DNA from: a virus
Direction: 5' to 3' (one strand)
DNA: 64,000 nucleotides
Virus record (IMG/VR): IMGVR_UViG_3300037485_001282
Span: 64,001 to 128,000 of that record
The notes beneath the pieces were generated by a model, which worked only from the letters and a program-made list of their open reading frames with translations, was not told the DNA's origin and did no database searches. Both the position numbers and the translations under genes were made by a program. Positions 55,443-64,000 of the stretch are shown here, piece by piece (position 1 is the first letter of the stretch; each line of letters starts with the position of its first letter).

Positions 55443-57446
55443 ATGGCACTTTCACCTGGAATCGAATCGATTGAACGCGATATAACAGTAAGAATTCCAA
55501 CAGTAACATCAAGTGTTGGTGCGATTGTTATTGCTGCTGAGAAGGGTGCTATAAACAAGCCCCTTTTAATTAACGACGAAAAACAATATAGAGAAACTTT
55601 TGGTGAGCCTGATGATGTCAATTATCGTCACTGGTTTACTGGAGCAGCTTTCCTAAAATCGTCTGATCAACTTTGGGTTGTTCGTACTGAAGATAAGACA
55701 AAAATGGTTGCTGGTTTAACTATCGGAACTTCTGGTGGTCTTACTTCTTGTGGAACTCCTCTAATCAGTTCTTACCCAACACCAAAAGCATCCGAATACT
55801 TCCCATTAAGTTACGATAATGTCAGTGACGAGGAAGCAAAAGTTGGATCTGTTCCAGTATTCAATACTGGAAACGGCAAAGAAATTTTCCACATTTATGC
55901 TGTTGGTGCTGGTCCATATTACGAAGGAGTTGAAGTTGTTACAATCAACTCTCTCGACTATAAGACACTTTTAGAACTTAAAGAAGAATATGTTCAAGCC
56001 ACAACTACTCAACAAAAACAAGCAGTTGCTAAGAAATACTACACTGGAACTCCAGCAACTTCTGCTGATGCAATTTGGGCTGGTTCTACTGCCCCAGCAT
56101 CTGGCGATGCTTACTACGTTGACAGCGGCAACTATCTTGCTTGCTCATTAATTAAAGACGATGTTATTTCTTCCGAAGTTGTTGATAATCAAGTAGTTTG
56201 GTCAGTTGATACTGGTCTTTTGAATACTTATACTTCATTCTCATTCGGCCCACAAGCAAATTACGACTCAAACACCAGAGTATATAGTAATAGTGATGAG
56301 TTCGCAGTCATGGTATTTGATCCAAACGGCAATCTCGCTGAACAATATATTGTATCAAATGAAATCGATAAGTTAAATGACGCTGGTCAGAAAATGTTCG
56401 CTCCAGATGTAATCAATGAAAGCAGTAACTTCATTTATTTCTTCATCGGTGGGGATCCTTCTGAGGCTGGTGGAATTGAGCCAGTAACAACTGGTAAAGT
56501 TAACTTGGCTGGCGCTGACGCATTAACCACAGACTTGTCACAATTAAGTGGCGAGATCGAAGAACAATGGAGAGAATGGTTTGCTAATAAAGAAACCTAT
56601 CAAATCGACTTAACTTTCGATCCCGACTATCCAACTGTTCTCAAACAAGCATTGGACGATATTAGCAAAAATATTCGTAAAGACTGTTTTACCCTTTTGA
56701 ATGTTCCTGAAAGCGTAATGGTAAATACTTCTACTCATCGCCCAATCGCACAATATATTACTTCAATGAAGAACTATGTTGCAAATACTCTTAATATTGA
56801 TTCATCTTACTCAGCAATTTATGGACAATATTTCAAGATTTATGATAGATTCAATGAAAAGAACCGTTGGGTTCCTGTTACTGGATATGTCGCTGCTAAT
56901 ATAGCAACTTCGGATTTCAGTACTGCACAATGGAATGCTCCTGCTGGTTTTGCTAGAGGCGTAATTGACGGAATAGTTGATGTTGCAATTACTCCATCCC
57001 AAGCACAGCGCGATGTTATGTACTCAAATAAGATCAATGCTATTGTTAACTTTAATGGTCAAGGCATCGTTATTTGGGGACAAAAGACTATGCAAGGTCG
57101 CCCAAGTGCATTCGATAGAATCAATGTTCGTAGATTGTTCCTACACCTCGAAAGAAGTATCGAAAAGTTAGCTAGATATTTCATCTTCGAAATTAACGAC
57201 GAAACCACAAGATCAAGATTCCGTGGAATTGTTAATGGTTTCTTGGCAGAAATCAAATCTCGTAGAGGCGTAACTGATTTCTTAGTAGTTTGTGACTCAA
57301 CTAATAACGGTCCAGATGTTATTGATCGAAATGAATTTGTTGCTGAAATTTTAGTTAAGCCAAGCAGAGCAATCGAATTCGTTAGACTCGTATTTACTGC
57401 TGTTAGTACTGGGGTTAGTTTCTCAGAAGTAGTTGGTAGAGGTTGA
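55443..57446 (+). CDS. gp18: tail sheath protein gp18
   Basis: LSPGIESIERD, FGEP, LWVVR, WNAPAGFARG, WGQKT and FDRINVRRLF motifs; late promoters at 55347 and 55406. Confidence 0.97.
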   Translation: MALSPGIESIERDITVRIPTVTSSVGAIVIAAEKGAINKPLLINDEKQYRETFGEPDDVNYRHWFTGAAFLKSSDQLWVVRTEDKTKMVAGLTIGTSGGLTSCGTPLISSYPTPKASEYFPLSYDNVSDEEAKVGSVPVFNTGNGKEIFHIYAVGAGPYYEGVEVVTINSLDYKTLLELKEEYVQATTTQQKQAVAKKYYTGTPATSADAIWAGSTAPASGDAYYVDSGNYLACSLIKDDVISSEVVDNQVVWSVDTGLLNTYTSFSFGPQANYDSNTRVYSNSDEFAVMVFDPNGNLAEQYIVSNEIDKLNDAGQKMFAPDVINESSNFIYFFIGGDPSEAGGIEPVTTGKVNLAGADALTTDLSQLSGEIEEQWREWFANKETYQIDLTFDPDYPTVLKQALDDISKNIRKDCFTLLNVPESVMVNTSTHRPIAQYITSMKNYVANTLNIDSSYSAIYGQYFKIYDRFNEKNRWVPVTGYVAANIATSDFSTAQWNAPAGFARGVIDGIVDVAITPSQAQRDVMYSNKINAIVNFNGQGIVIWGQKTMQGRPSAFDRINVRRLFLHLERSIEKLARYFIFEINDETTRSRFRGIVNGFLAEIKSRRGVTDFLVVCDSTNNGPDVIDRNEFVAEILVKPSRAIEFVRLVFTAVSTGVSFSEVVGRG

Positions 57447-57489
57447 ATTAGGTAGGTCAGATTAGATTAAATAAACACAGGAGAAAACC

Positions 57490-58152
57490 ATGCCATTCCC
57501 ATCAGACGTAGAATCAATGAATCTTTATAGTTTCCGTCAAACTATTAGAGATGTTAGTCGTCCTTATCTGTTTATGGTCGAGATGCCAAATATTGATACT
57601 AGTGCCGCTAAGTTAACCGCTTTTGCGAGAACTACATCATTACCAAAGTATTCTCTTTCTACAATTGATATTCCGTTTCAATCACAGAAACTTAAATTGG
57701 CTGGTCCAGCTAACATTGAAGGAACTTGGCAGGTTGAGTTTCTCTGTGACGAACTACATACTTTACGAAATAAATTCCTTAGTTGGGCTCAGATTGGGTT
57801 CGATATTCAAAGACTTCAAGCTGGTGCTCCGTCTTCTTATAAGTATGATTTAGCTAAAGTTGTTCAATTAGCTCGTAATGGCGCTAGAATTGCACAATAT
57901 CAGTTCGTTGGCCTATTCCCAACTTCAGTTGGTGAAATTCAATTATCACACGAAGAACAAGGTTACGCTAAGTTCCCAGTAGAATTCGCGTATGATTACT
58001 ATACTATCGATCAAGCAAATTCATTTGACGTTAACTCAAGTGCATTCCAAATTGGCGCTACTGGTATTGGTGCTACTACTGACTTGGCTGCATTGGCTGG
58101 CGCAACTAATATCAATGAAGTAACTGGTACTATTGGTAACAACGGGGGCTGA
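57490..58152 (+). CDS. gp19: tail tube protein (gp19-like), copy 1
   Basis: SRPYLFMVEMP, TSLP, LKLAG, WQVEF, GLFPTSVGEIQLS and FPVEFAYDY motifs. Confidence 0.9.
   Translation: MPFPSDVESMNLYSFRQTIRDVSRPYLFMVEMPNIDTSAAKLTAFARTTSLPKYSLSTIDIPFQSQKLKLAGPANIEGTWQVEFLCDELHTLRNKFLSWAQIGFDIQRLQAGAPSSYKYDLAKVVQLARNGARIAQYQFVGLFPTSVGEIQLSHEEQGYAKFPVEFAYDYYTIDQANSFDVNSSAFQIGATGIGATTDLAALAGATNINEVTGTIGNNGG
57571..57590 (+). other. TTTAT plus near-match (14/15 nt) to the predicted TnpB guide
   Basis: TTTAT-GGTCGAGATGCCAAA versus guide GATCGAGATGCCAAA. Confidence 0.75.
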
Positions 58153-58174
58153 GATTAATTTTTAAGATCGATTT

Positions 58175-58215
58175 ATTAGCCCTAGATCGAATTAAACGAT
58201 CTGGGGCTAATTTTT
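58175..58215 (+). terminator. intrinsic terminator between the two tube genes
   Basis: ATTAGCCCTAGATCG/CGATCTGGGGCTAAT stem followed by TTTT. Confidence 0.8.
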
Positions 58216-58224
58216 AAGGAAAAA

Positions 58225-58935
58225 ATGCCATTCCCATCTAATAATCTTTACAATAAAGATAACGACATGAATCTTCTTGATTTCAGGAAGATAATTAATG
58301 ACGTTTCTAGATCTTATTTGTTTATGTTGGAGATGCCGAACATCGATACCGATGCGAGAAAATTAACATCATTCGCTAGATCAACGACAATGCCTGGATA
58401 TAATATCGAAGAAACTTCTTTTAAATTTCAAACAGCTACAATAAAACTAGGCTATGGGGCTACTTTTAATGATTGGACCGTTGAATTTTTAAACGATCAA
58501 GTTTATTCTTTAAGAAGTAAATTTTTGGCTTGGATGTCGCAAATATATGATCCAGTTAGAGTTATGTCAATGTCAGCCAATTCCTATAAGTATGATGGTG
58601 TTAAAATTCATCAATTATCTAGAACTGGGAAAAAAGTTCAAACATGTCAATTTGTTGGGCTATTTCCTAAATCAATATCAGATATTAACTTAAAACACGA
58701 TGCGACTGAATTGCAGACATTTACGGTTAATTTCGCTTATGATTATTTTACTATTGATTCTGGAAACCCTCTGGAAGCGACAATAGACCTCGCTACAGGA
58801 AATACGGACGGAAATGGTATAGGATTGAGTGGGATCGTGGGAAGAGCGCCAGCAGCGGGAACTCCGCAAAATAACGTAGCTGGAGTATTTGATGTATATG
58901 GTGGAATGAAGAAAGCAAAATCCGCATTAATATAA
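58225..58935 (+). CDS. tail tube protein (gp19-like), copy 2
   Basis: Clear paralog of 57490-58152 (MPFPS, DVSR.YLFM.EMPNIDT, QFVGLFP, FAYDY). Confidence 0.88.
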   Translation: MPFPSNNLYNKDNDMNLLDFRKIINDVSRSYLFMLEMPNIDTDARKLTSFARSTTMPGYNIEETSFKFQTATIKLGYGATFNDWTVEFLNDQVYSLRSKFLAWMSQIYDPVRVMSMSANSYKYDGVKIHQLSRTGKKVQTCQFVGLFPKSISDINLKHDATELQTFTVNFAYDYFTIDSGNPLEATIDLATGNTDGNGIGLSGIVGRAPAAGTPQNNVAGVFDVYGGMKKAKSALI

Positions 58936-58950
58936 AAAATATCTTTTATA

Positions 58951-58980
58951 TTGTCAATAAAATTTAGTTTATGATATAAT
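58951..58980 (+). promoter_or_regulatory. sigma70-type promoter of tnpB (probably leaderless mRNA)
   Basis: TTGTCA, 18-nt spacer, TATAAT; ATG 6 nt downstream with no SD. Confidence 0.6.
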
Positions 58981-58986
58981 ATTACC

Positions 58987-60117
58987 ATGAACCTGACCAT
59001 TAAATGTAAACTATTAGCTAACCAAGAACAACATCAGCAATTGCGGGACGTAATGATAGCATTTAATAATGCTTGTAACTGGGTTAGTGAAGTTTGTTTT
59101 AATAAAAAGATTTTTAATAAGTTCGGACTACATAAAGAAGTTTATTACGAAACAAGACAGCGTTTTAATCTTTCTAGTCAGATGGTTATTCGAGTAATAG
59201 GCAAAGTAGCGGATAGTTATAAAGATTTTAAAAAGCGAGAAACCCAGCACGAATTTAAAGATTTAGGGGCAATCGATTACGACGAAAGAAATTTCGGAGT
59301 CAAAAAAGATGGAATTTCTATTTCTATCTTAGGTGGAAGAACAATAATGGATTATCGTTCAAGAAAACCTCTCTCAGAATACAAAATTTGTAGCCAGTGC
59401 AAACTATCCTATGATAAGCCAAAGAACAAGTTTTATGTTTTGTTGTCGGTTGAAGAGATGGAACCAGTTCCAGATAAAGTTGAAAATTTTATTGGTGTTG
59501 ATATGGGAATTGTTAAGTTGGCAACTTGTTCTGATGGAGAAATTTTTACTGGTGAAGCAGTTGAGAATCATAGAGTTAAACTAACATTATTAAAGACGAA
59601 ATTGCAGAGTAAGGGAAGTAAGTCAGCGAAACGGCATTTAAAAAAGATTTCGAGAAAAGAAGGAAGGTTTAAGAGAGATGTAAATCATTGTATTAGCAAG
59701 AAGATAGTAAAGAAAGCAAAGGCACTTGGCGTCGGGGTAAAGATCGAAGATCTTTCTTTTGACAACAAAGAACCAGTTATGAAGTTTAACCAGAAACAGC
59801 GTGATAATAACGCTAAGATGGGTAAATGGGCTTTCGGTCAATTGACCAACTATCTTGGGTATAAGGGGAAAAGAGCAGGAGTTCCTGTTTTGTTTGTTAA
59901 TCCCGCTTATACTTCGCAAAAATGCAGCAAGTGTGGACATACTGAAGAAGATAACCGTCTGTCCCAATCTGAATTCTGTTGTATATCCTGTGGATACAAA
60001 GAAAACGCAGATATTAATGCTGCAATTAATATTTCTCGGGCTGCCGTCAACCAGCCTATTGTAGCCACTAGAAAAAGTGCGTTACAAGCCCCGCTATTAA
60101 TTGGTGTGGGTAGTTGA
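58987..60117 (+). CDS. tnpB: TnpB RNA-guided endonuclease (IS200/IS605 family), solo, catalytic residues intact
   Basis: TIKCKL N-terminus, RuvC-I GVDMG, RuvC-II IEDL, VNPAYTSQKCSKCG...CISCG Zn finger, RuvC-III NADINAAINI. Confidence 0.95.
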   Translation: MNLTIKCKLLANQEQHQQLRDVMIAFNNACNWVSEVCFNKKIFNKFGLHKEVYYETRQRFNLSSQMVIRVIGKVADSYKDFKKRETQHEFKDLGAIDYDERNFGVKKDGISISILGGRTIMDYRSRKPLSEYKICSQCKLSYDKPKNKFYVLLSVEEMEPVPDKVENFIGVDMGIVKLATCSDGEIFTGEAVENHRVKLTLLKTKLQSKGSKSAKRHLKKISRKEGRFKRDVNHCISKKIVKKAKALGVGVKIEDLSFDNKEPVMKFNQKQRDNNAKMGKWAFGQLTNYLGYKGKRAGVPVLFVNPAYTSQKCSKCGHTEEDNRLSQSEFCCISCGYKENADINAAINISRAAVNQPIVATRKSALQAPLLIGVGS

Positions 60118-60138
60118 CGATCGAGATGCCAAAAGATT
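60040..60138 (+). ncRNA. TnpB omegaRNA/reRNA 3' scaffold and guide (5' boundary uncertain)
   Basis: GTCAAC(60046)/GTTGAC(60113) pairing; ACAAGCCCC...GGGTAGTTGAC right-end motif; guide predicted to start at 60119. Confidence 0.7.
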
Positions 60139-60168
60139 AAAGACAAAAACCAACAAGGAGACATTCAA

Positions 60169-60966
60169 ATGTCAGATCGACCAACTTTTTCAGCTAGTGA
60201 CTTAAAGAAACTATTAGCTACTAAATCTTCCCCAGAGAATGTAGTAAAACTATGCTACAGTCAAAGAGAAGTTTATATTAAGCCAATTAAGATTAAGGAT
60301 AAGAAAGAAATCTTAAAGTCCATTGAAACTAAGAATGAAGTAGTTATCAATAAAGCCTTTGATGATATTTTGGAAAAATTCGTAGAAGCCGTAGATGGTC
60401 AAGAGTTTACTATTGGTGAACTTACGACTCAGGAACGTCAGCAACTTTTAGTTCATATTAAAGTCGCCGCTTCGGGAACTAACGCTAATATTATGCACGA
60501 ATGTCCAGCATGTGGCGACGTTAATCAGAATATTAAATATGATTTATCAAAAATGTACGTGAAGAACTACGTGAAGCCAGAAACTGGAGAAGAGATAATT
60601 ATTTCCACTCTCTCAGGAACCATTAAGGTTAAATTAGGTCCAGTTACAAGAAATAAAGAAATTGAGATTGAAAACTATATTAAGCGAAACAAGATAACGC
60701 AAACAACCGAAAAGAACTTCGTCATGATGGCTGCTGCTATTAAATCAATTTCTATTGTTCAGGATGATATAGAGAATGAAGTTAGCATGAGTATGGCGGA
60801 ATTAATTGATATTTTCGATAGTTTACCAGAGAATGAACTTGAGAAAATAATGAATTATTTCAAGTCTTCTGACTTCGGAGCAAAAATGCCGTTTGATTTT
60901 AAGTGTCAAAAATGTGGACACGAATCAGAACAAGAGGTCAACGTTATAGCTTTTTTTATCAATTGA
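60169..60966 (+). CDS. gp26: baseplate hub assembly / tail chaperone (gp26-like)
   Basis: YIKPIKIKD.K.IL, L...ERQQLLVHIK, CPACG and CQKCG Zn ribbons, terminal FF. Confidence 0.75.
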   Translation: MSDRPTFSASDLKKLLATKSSPENVVKLCYSQREVYIKPIKIKDKKEILKSIETKNEVVINKAFDDILEKFVEAVDGQEFTIGELTTQERQQLLVHIKVAASGTNANIMHECPACGDVNQNIKYDLSKMYVKNYVKPETGEEIIISTLSGTIKVKLGPVTRNKEIEIENYIKRNKITQTTEKNFVMMAAAIKSISIVQDDIENEVSMSMAELIDIFDSLPENELEKIMNYFKSSDFGAKMPFDFKCQKCGHESEQEVNVIAFFIN

Positions 60967-61244
60967 TGCTAATGAACTCCTGTTACCAGCAGGAGCTTAA
61001 TTATGAAATAGAGTTACTCTGTTGGGGTGATAAGTTATTTACTTACTCCGAAGTAGAAAATCTAGATACTCATGAGTTTGAAGTGTTTAGGACTATCTTT
61101 AAGGAAAAAGCAGAGTCAGAAGCTAAAGCCAAGCAAGAGTTCATTAAAAATACTTTTGAATTTGCTAGAAAATGCGTAGAAGTCATTTGTAAAACTATTT
61201 CAGGTGCGTTCGGAACAAAAACGACTTCTAATAAAGTTAATTGA
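60966..61244 (+). CDS. small hub assembly protein (gp51-like), or -1 frameshift extension of the upstream gene
   Basis: FTYSEVENLDTHEFEVF pattern; TGATG overlap; open in the -1 frame across the T7 run. Confidence 0.6.
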   Translation: MLMNSCYQQELNYEIELLCWGDKLFTYSEVENLDTHEFEVFRTIFKEKAESEAKAKQEFIKNTFEFARKCVEVICKTISGAFGTKTTSNKVN

Positions 61245-61272
61245 TTTTTAATTTTTATAAATAAAGATAATT

Positions 61273-64000
61273 ATGGCTTCAAATTTCACCACAGATCAAC
61301 TTAAAAAGATGCTTCAAGAGAACCAAGCGAAATTGGATTCTCTTGACTCATCTGATATAGTTGCTTCTAAGGAACTAAAAAAGTCTATTGATAAGATCTC
61401 TAAGTTACTTTTAAGGACCGAGAAAGGTATCTTAAAGGAACTTAAAGAATCTAATAAAAAGAATCAAAAGAAAAAAGATGACTCAGTAGATATTAAACGT
61501 TTAGCCGAAGAAAATAAAAAGGATCTTAAGAATAGGTTTTCTGAGTTTTATCAGAGAAATCAATTAAATAGAAAAGCTATCAACGATTCATATATTAGAA
61601 AAATCGACGATATAAATCATAGATATAAAAAGGATCTTAGAAAAGCGTTTTCTACTTTAAATGAAAATTTGCACGCAGATATTTTAGTAAATCAGAAAGT
61701 TATTGAAAAATATCTTAATAGATTTGCTGACTATATGACCGAAAAAATAACGAAAGTATTTAATGTTGCTTTTAGTTATTTAAAAAACGCTACATTAAAC
61801 GCTTTTAGTAAAATTAAAGGATTAGTCACATCATTAGGAGATAAGTTAGGTTCTGTTATTAAAGGTACTTGGGAGAAACTTAAAGGAGCTATATTTCATC
61901 CAATTGATTCAGTTAAGACTATAATTAGTAACTCTTTAAGTTATGTTTGGCAAGGTATAAAGAAAATAGGATCATTAATAAAAGATGCTTTCGTGTTTGT
62001 GATAAAGAAAATTTGGGAAGGACTTAAATGGGTAGCTGGGGTTATTTGGGGAGTTATTAAAATTGGATTTAAATTAATGTGGACTATATTATCTGGTATT
62101 GGAAAATTCGTATTCTCCATGTTTAAGTGGATAAGCACATTTTTACTAAAGGTTATATGGGGAACTTTGGTTAAGATAACATCCTTTTTATTGTCTGCTA
62201 TTTGGGAAGGAATTAAAACAGTAGGTTCTTTTTTAATGTCTGTTATGTGGGCGACTATAAAAGGAATCGCTAAAACCGTTTTCCAAATAGCTTTTACAAT
62301 AGTTAAAACAATTGCCAATATGGTAGTGACGTTAATTACATCGGCATTAGCTCCTTGGTTGGGGCTAATAGCTCTTGTAGGTGCTGGTGTTTACCTTTTA
62401 GGTTACTGGATGGGTTGGTGGGGTAGCAAGGGAAACAGTGAAACATCGAAAGCAGGAATTAATGTTGGTGGAAAAGAAATAAAACAAGGTGGAATATTTG
62501 AAACTATTGGAAATTGGGTTAAGAAAGCACTGGGGATAGGTGAGTCTTTTGCTGTTTGGTTATGTGATCAAATAGTATGGGCTTGGGATAAACTGTGGGT
62601 GGTTATTAAGAAGACGTGGGGGATTACCACTGACTTTGGTGGTTGGATTCTTGATCAGCTTAAGATTTTTTGGAACTGGGCAACATCAAAAGAAAAAAGA
62701 GACGATTATAGACTTTTTGAAAAAAATATTGAGTTTTATGAAAAACAATTAGAAAACTTAATGATGCTAGATCCAGACAAGATAAAGGAATATACAGAAA
62801 ACCTAAAAGCTGATAAAGTTTCATTAGAAAAACTATCAGACACAATGCCTTTATTATCTAAGCTCATTATAAAAATAGAAGATATGTGGACGAAGTATAT
62901 TAAACCAATAATCAATGATGTAATTAAAAAGATAGAATCGGCGTGGGAGTGGATAAGTAGTTTAGTAAAAGGAAAAGGTAGTTGGTCTTCGCCCGATGAA
63001 AATAGTATATTGGGGTCTATATATAAATCATTATTTGGAACAAATTCAATTAACTGGGCGTCTCCGTCATATGATAGTTTATTGGGTCAAATTTATAACA
63101 TAATATTTGGTAAAAACACTATTGATTTTAAATCAAGTCTGGGATTAGTTGGGTTTATATATAGCACAATATATGATATTAATTTCTTTATTATAGATTC
63201 GATAGAAAAATACATACTTCCTGTTTTTAATTCGATAATGGATTTTCTTTCTAATATCATAGAAATCATTAGTCCAGATTATGCTGAAAAAGTTAGTCAA
63301 ATTTCTGGTTCGGTTAAATTAAATATATCTAATAGAGTTTCTGAAGCTAAAGGATTTCAATTAACAAACACCAAAGAAAAAATATCCGAGTTATCCGAAT
63401 CCATAAAATCGCCAAGTAACGGTGAGTCAAAAGAACATTTTGAAAAAAGAAAAGAAGAAACAGAAAAACTAATAAAGGCATTGGAATCTAAAGTTGGCGG
63501 AAGGGAAAAATCAGATAACGAAAAGAAGCGAGCGGAGAAATCATTTGCTATTGCGTTAAGAAACACCACAAAAGTACTATCTGGATTACAAGTTTCGGTA
63601 AGTTCTTTATTAGGATCTACGTTAGACGAAAATCAAATTAAGGCGTTATCGAATAGACCAAGAAATTTTTGGAAAAGTAGGGGATTTGATACTGATTTTG
63701 TAAATACTCCATTAGATGCTTATTCAGAGTTGAGAGATTTATATTTAGCTAAGGATAAAAGTTACTATGGTAAAAACCTAAAAAACCTTCAAGCGGATTT
63801 TAATAAAAACAATCCAGATTGGAAAAAGTATATAGACAAAGATTTAATTGGAAAATTAAATACTATGCGGTCTAGTATAGACGAAAACAGATTACAAATT
63901 CAAGAATCACTAGATAATATGTATGAACAGAAGGCATCTAGTTTGGCTACTGGGTGGAGTTTTGGAAAAAAAGAATTAAATTGGTATAAAAAAGACGCCG
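61273..64000 (+). CDS. tape measure protein (runs off the window)
   Basis: Late promoter at 61256; frame open where spot-checked through to the window end; Trp/Phe-periodic amphipathic repeats (IWEGLKWVAGVIWGVIK) and a hydrophobic segment; follows the tail chaperones. Confidence 0.8.
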   Translation, partial: MASNFTTDQLKKMLQENQAKLDSLDSSDIVASKELKKSIDKISKLLLRTEKGILKELKESNKKNQKKKDDSVDIKRLAEENKKDLKNRFSEFYQRNQLNRKAINDSYIRKIDDINHRYKKDLRKAFSTLNENLHADILVNQKVIEKYLNRFADYMTEKITKVFNVAFSYLKNATLNAFSKIKGLVTSLGDKLGSVIKGTWEKLKGAIFHPIDSVKTIISNSLSYVWQGIKKIGSLIKDAFVFVIKKIWEGLKWVAGVIWGVIKIGFKLMWTILSGIGKFVFSMFKWISTFLLKVIWGTLVKITSFLLSAIWEGIKTVGSFLMSVMWATIKGIAKTVFQIAFTIVKTIANMVVTLITSALAPWLGLIALVGAGVYLLGYWMGWWGSKGNSETSKAGINVGGKEIKQGGIFETIGNWVKKALGIGESFAVWLCDQIVWAWDKLWVVIKKTWGITTDFGGWILDQLKIFWNWATSKEKRDDYRLFEKNIEFYEKQLENLMMLDPDKIKEYTENLKADKVSLEKLSDTMPLLSKLIIKIEDMWTKYIKPIINDVIKKIESAWEWISSLVKGKGSWSSPDENSILGSIYKSLFGTNSINWASPSYDSLLGQIYNIIFGKNTIDFKSSLGLVGFIYSTIYDINFFIIDSIEKYILPVFNSIMDFLSNIIEIISPDYAEKVSQISGSVKLNISNRVSEAKGFQLTNTKEKISELSESIKSPSNGESKEHFEKRKEETEKLIKALESKVGGREKSDNEKKRAEKSFAIALRNTTKVLSGLQVSVSSLLGSTLDENQIKALSNRPRNFWKSRGFDTDFVNTPLDAYSELRDLYLAKDKSYYGKNLKNLQADFNKNNPDWKKYIDKDLIGKLNTMRSSIDENRLQIQESLDNMYEQKASSLATGWSFGKKELNWYKKDA

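Noticed and set aside
58936-60138. Complete IS605/IS607 element, or nuclease-dead TldR repressor
   Set aside because: No tnpA or serine recombinase and no evident left-end hairpin in the 51-bp upstream gap; the RuvC D-E-D residues are all present.
1-64000. Stop-codon reassignment as in some jumbo phages
   Set aside because: Core genes are full length in the standard code and TAA, TAG and TGA all end genes. The fragmented gp43 and gp46 are explained by split inteins.

Overview
This 64 kb AT-rich window comes from a large T4-like (Tevenvirinae-related, jumbo-type) myophage using the standard genetic code. The left half is mostly on the minus strand. It holds a sugar-nucleotide/glycosyltransferase cluster, the T4-type replisome (gp61, RegA, gp62, gp44, gp45, gp32, gp33, gp41, UvsX, gp43), gp55/gp47/gp46, UvsW and two UvsY-like genes. 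The right half is on the plus strand: probable internal head proteins, a resolvase, RNase H, gp4, portal-protease-scaffold-capsid, neck, terminase, sheath, two tail tubes, hub chaperones and a tape-measure gene running off the window. Many TATAAATA late promoters are present. Four observations stand out. (1) A six-tRNA operon (Leu, Tyr, four Ser) sits behind a complete ribosome-dependent attenuator whose 22-aa leader peptide has 13 consecutive Leu/Ser/Tyr codons matching those tRNAs, so it is a candidate sensor of host tRNA depletion. (2) A solo tnpB with intact catalytic residues has a predicted guide matching a TTTAT-flanked site in the neighbouring tail-tube gene except for one seed mismatch, consistent with RNA-guided homing against related phages. 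(3) DNA polymerase and gp46 are each fractured by a split intein with a free-standing endonuclease between the halves; one intein is cysteine-free and the other is atypically split. (4) A probable -1 frameshift lies in the chaperone gene upstream of the tape measure. All calls come from reading motifs by eye; no database searches or folding programs were run.
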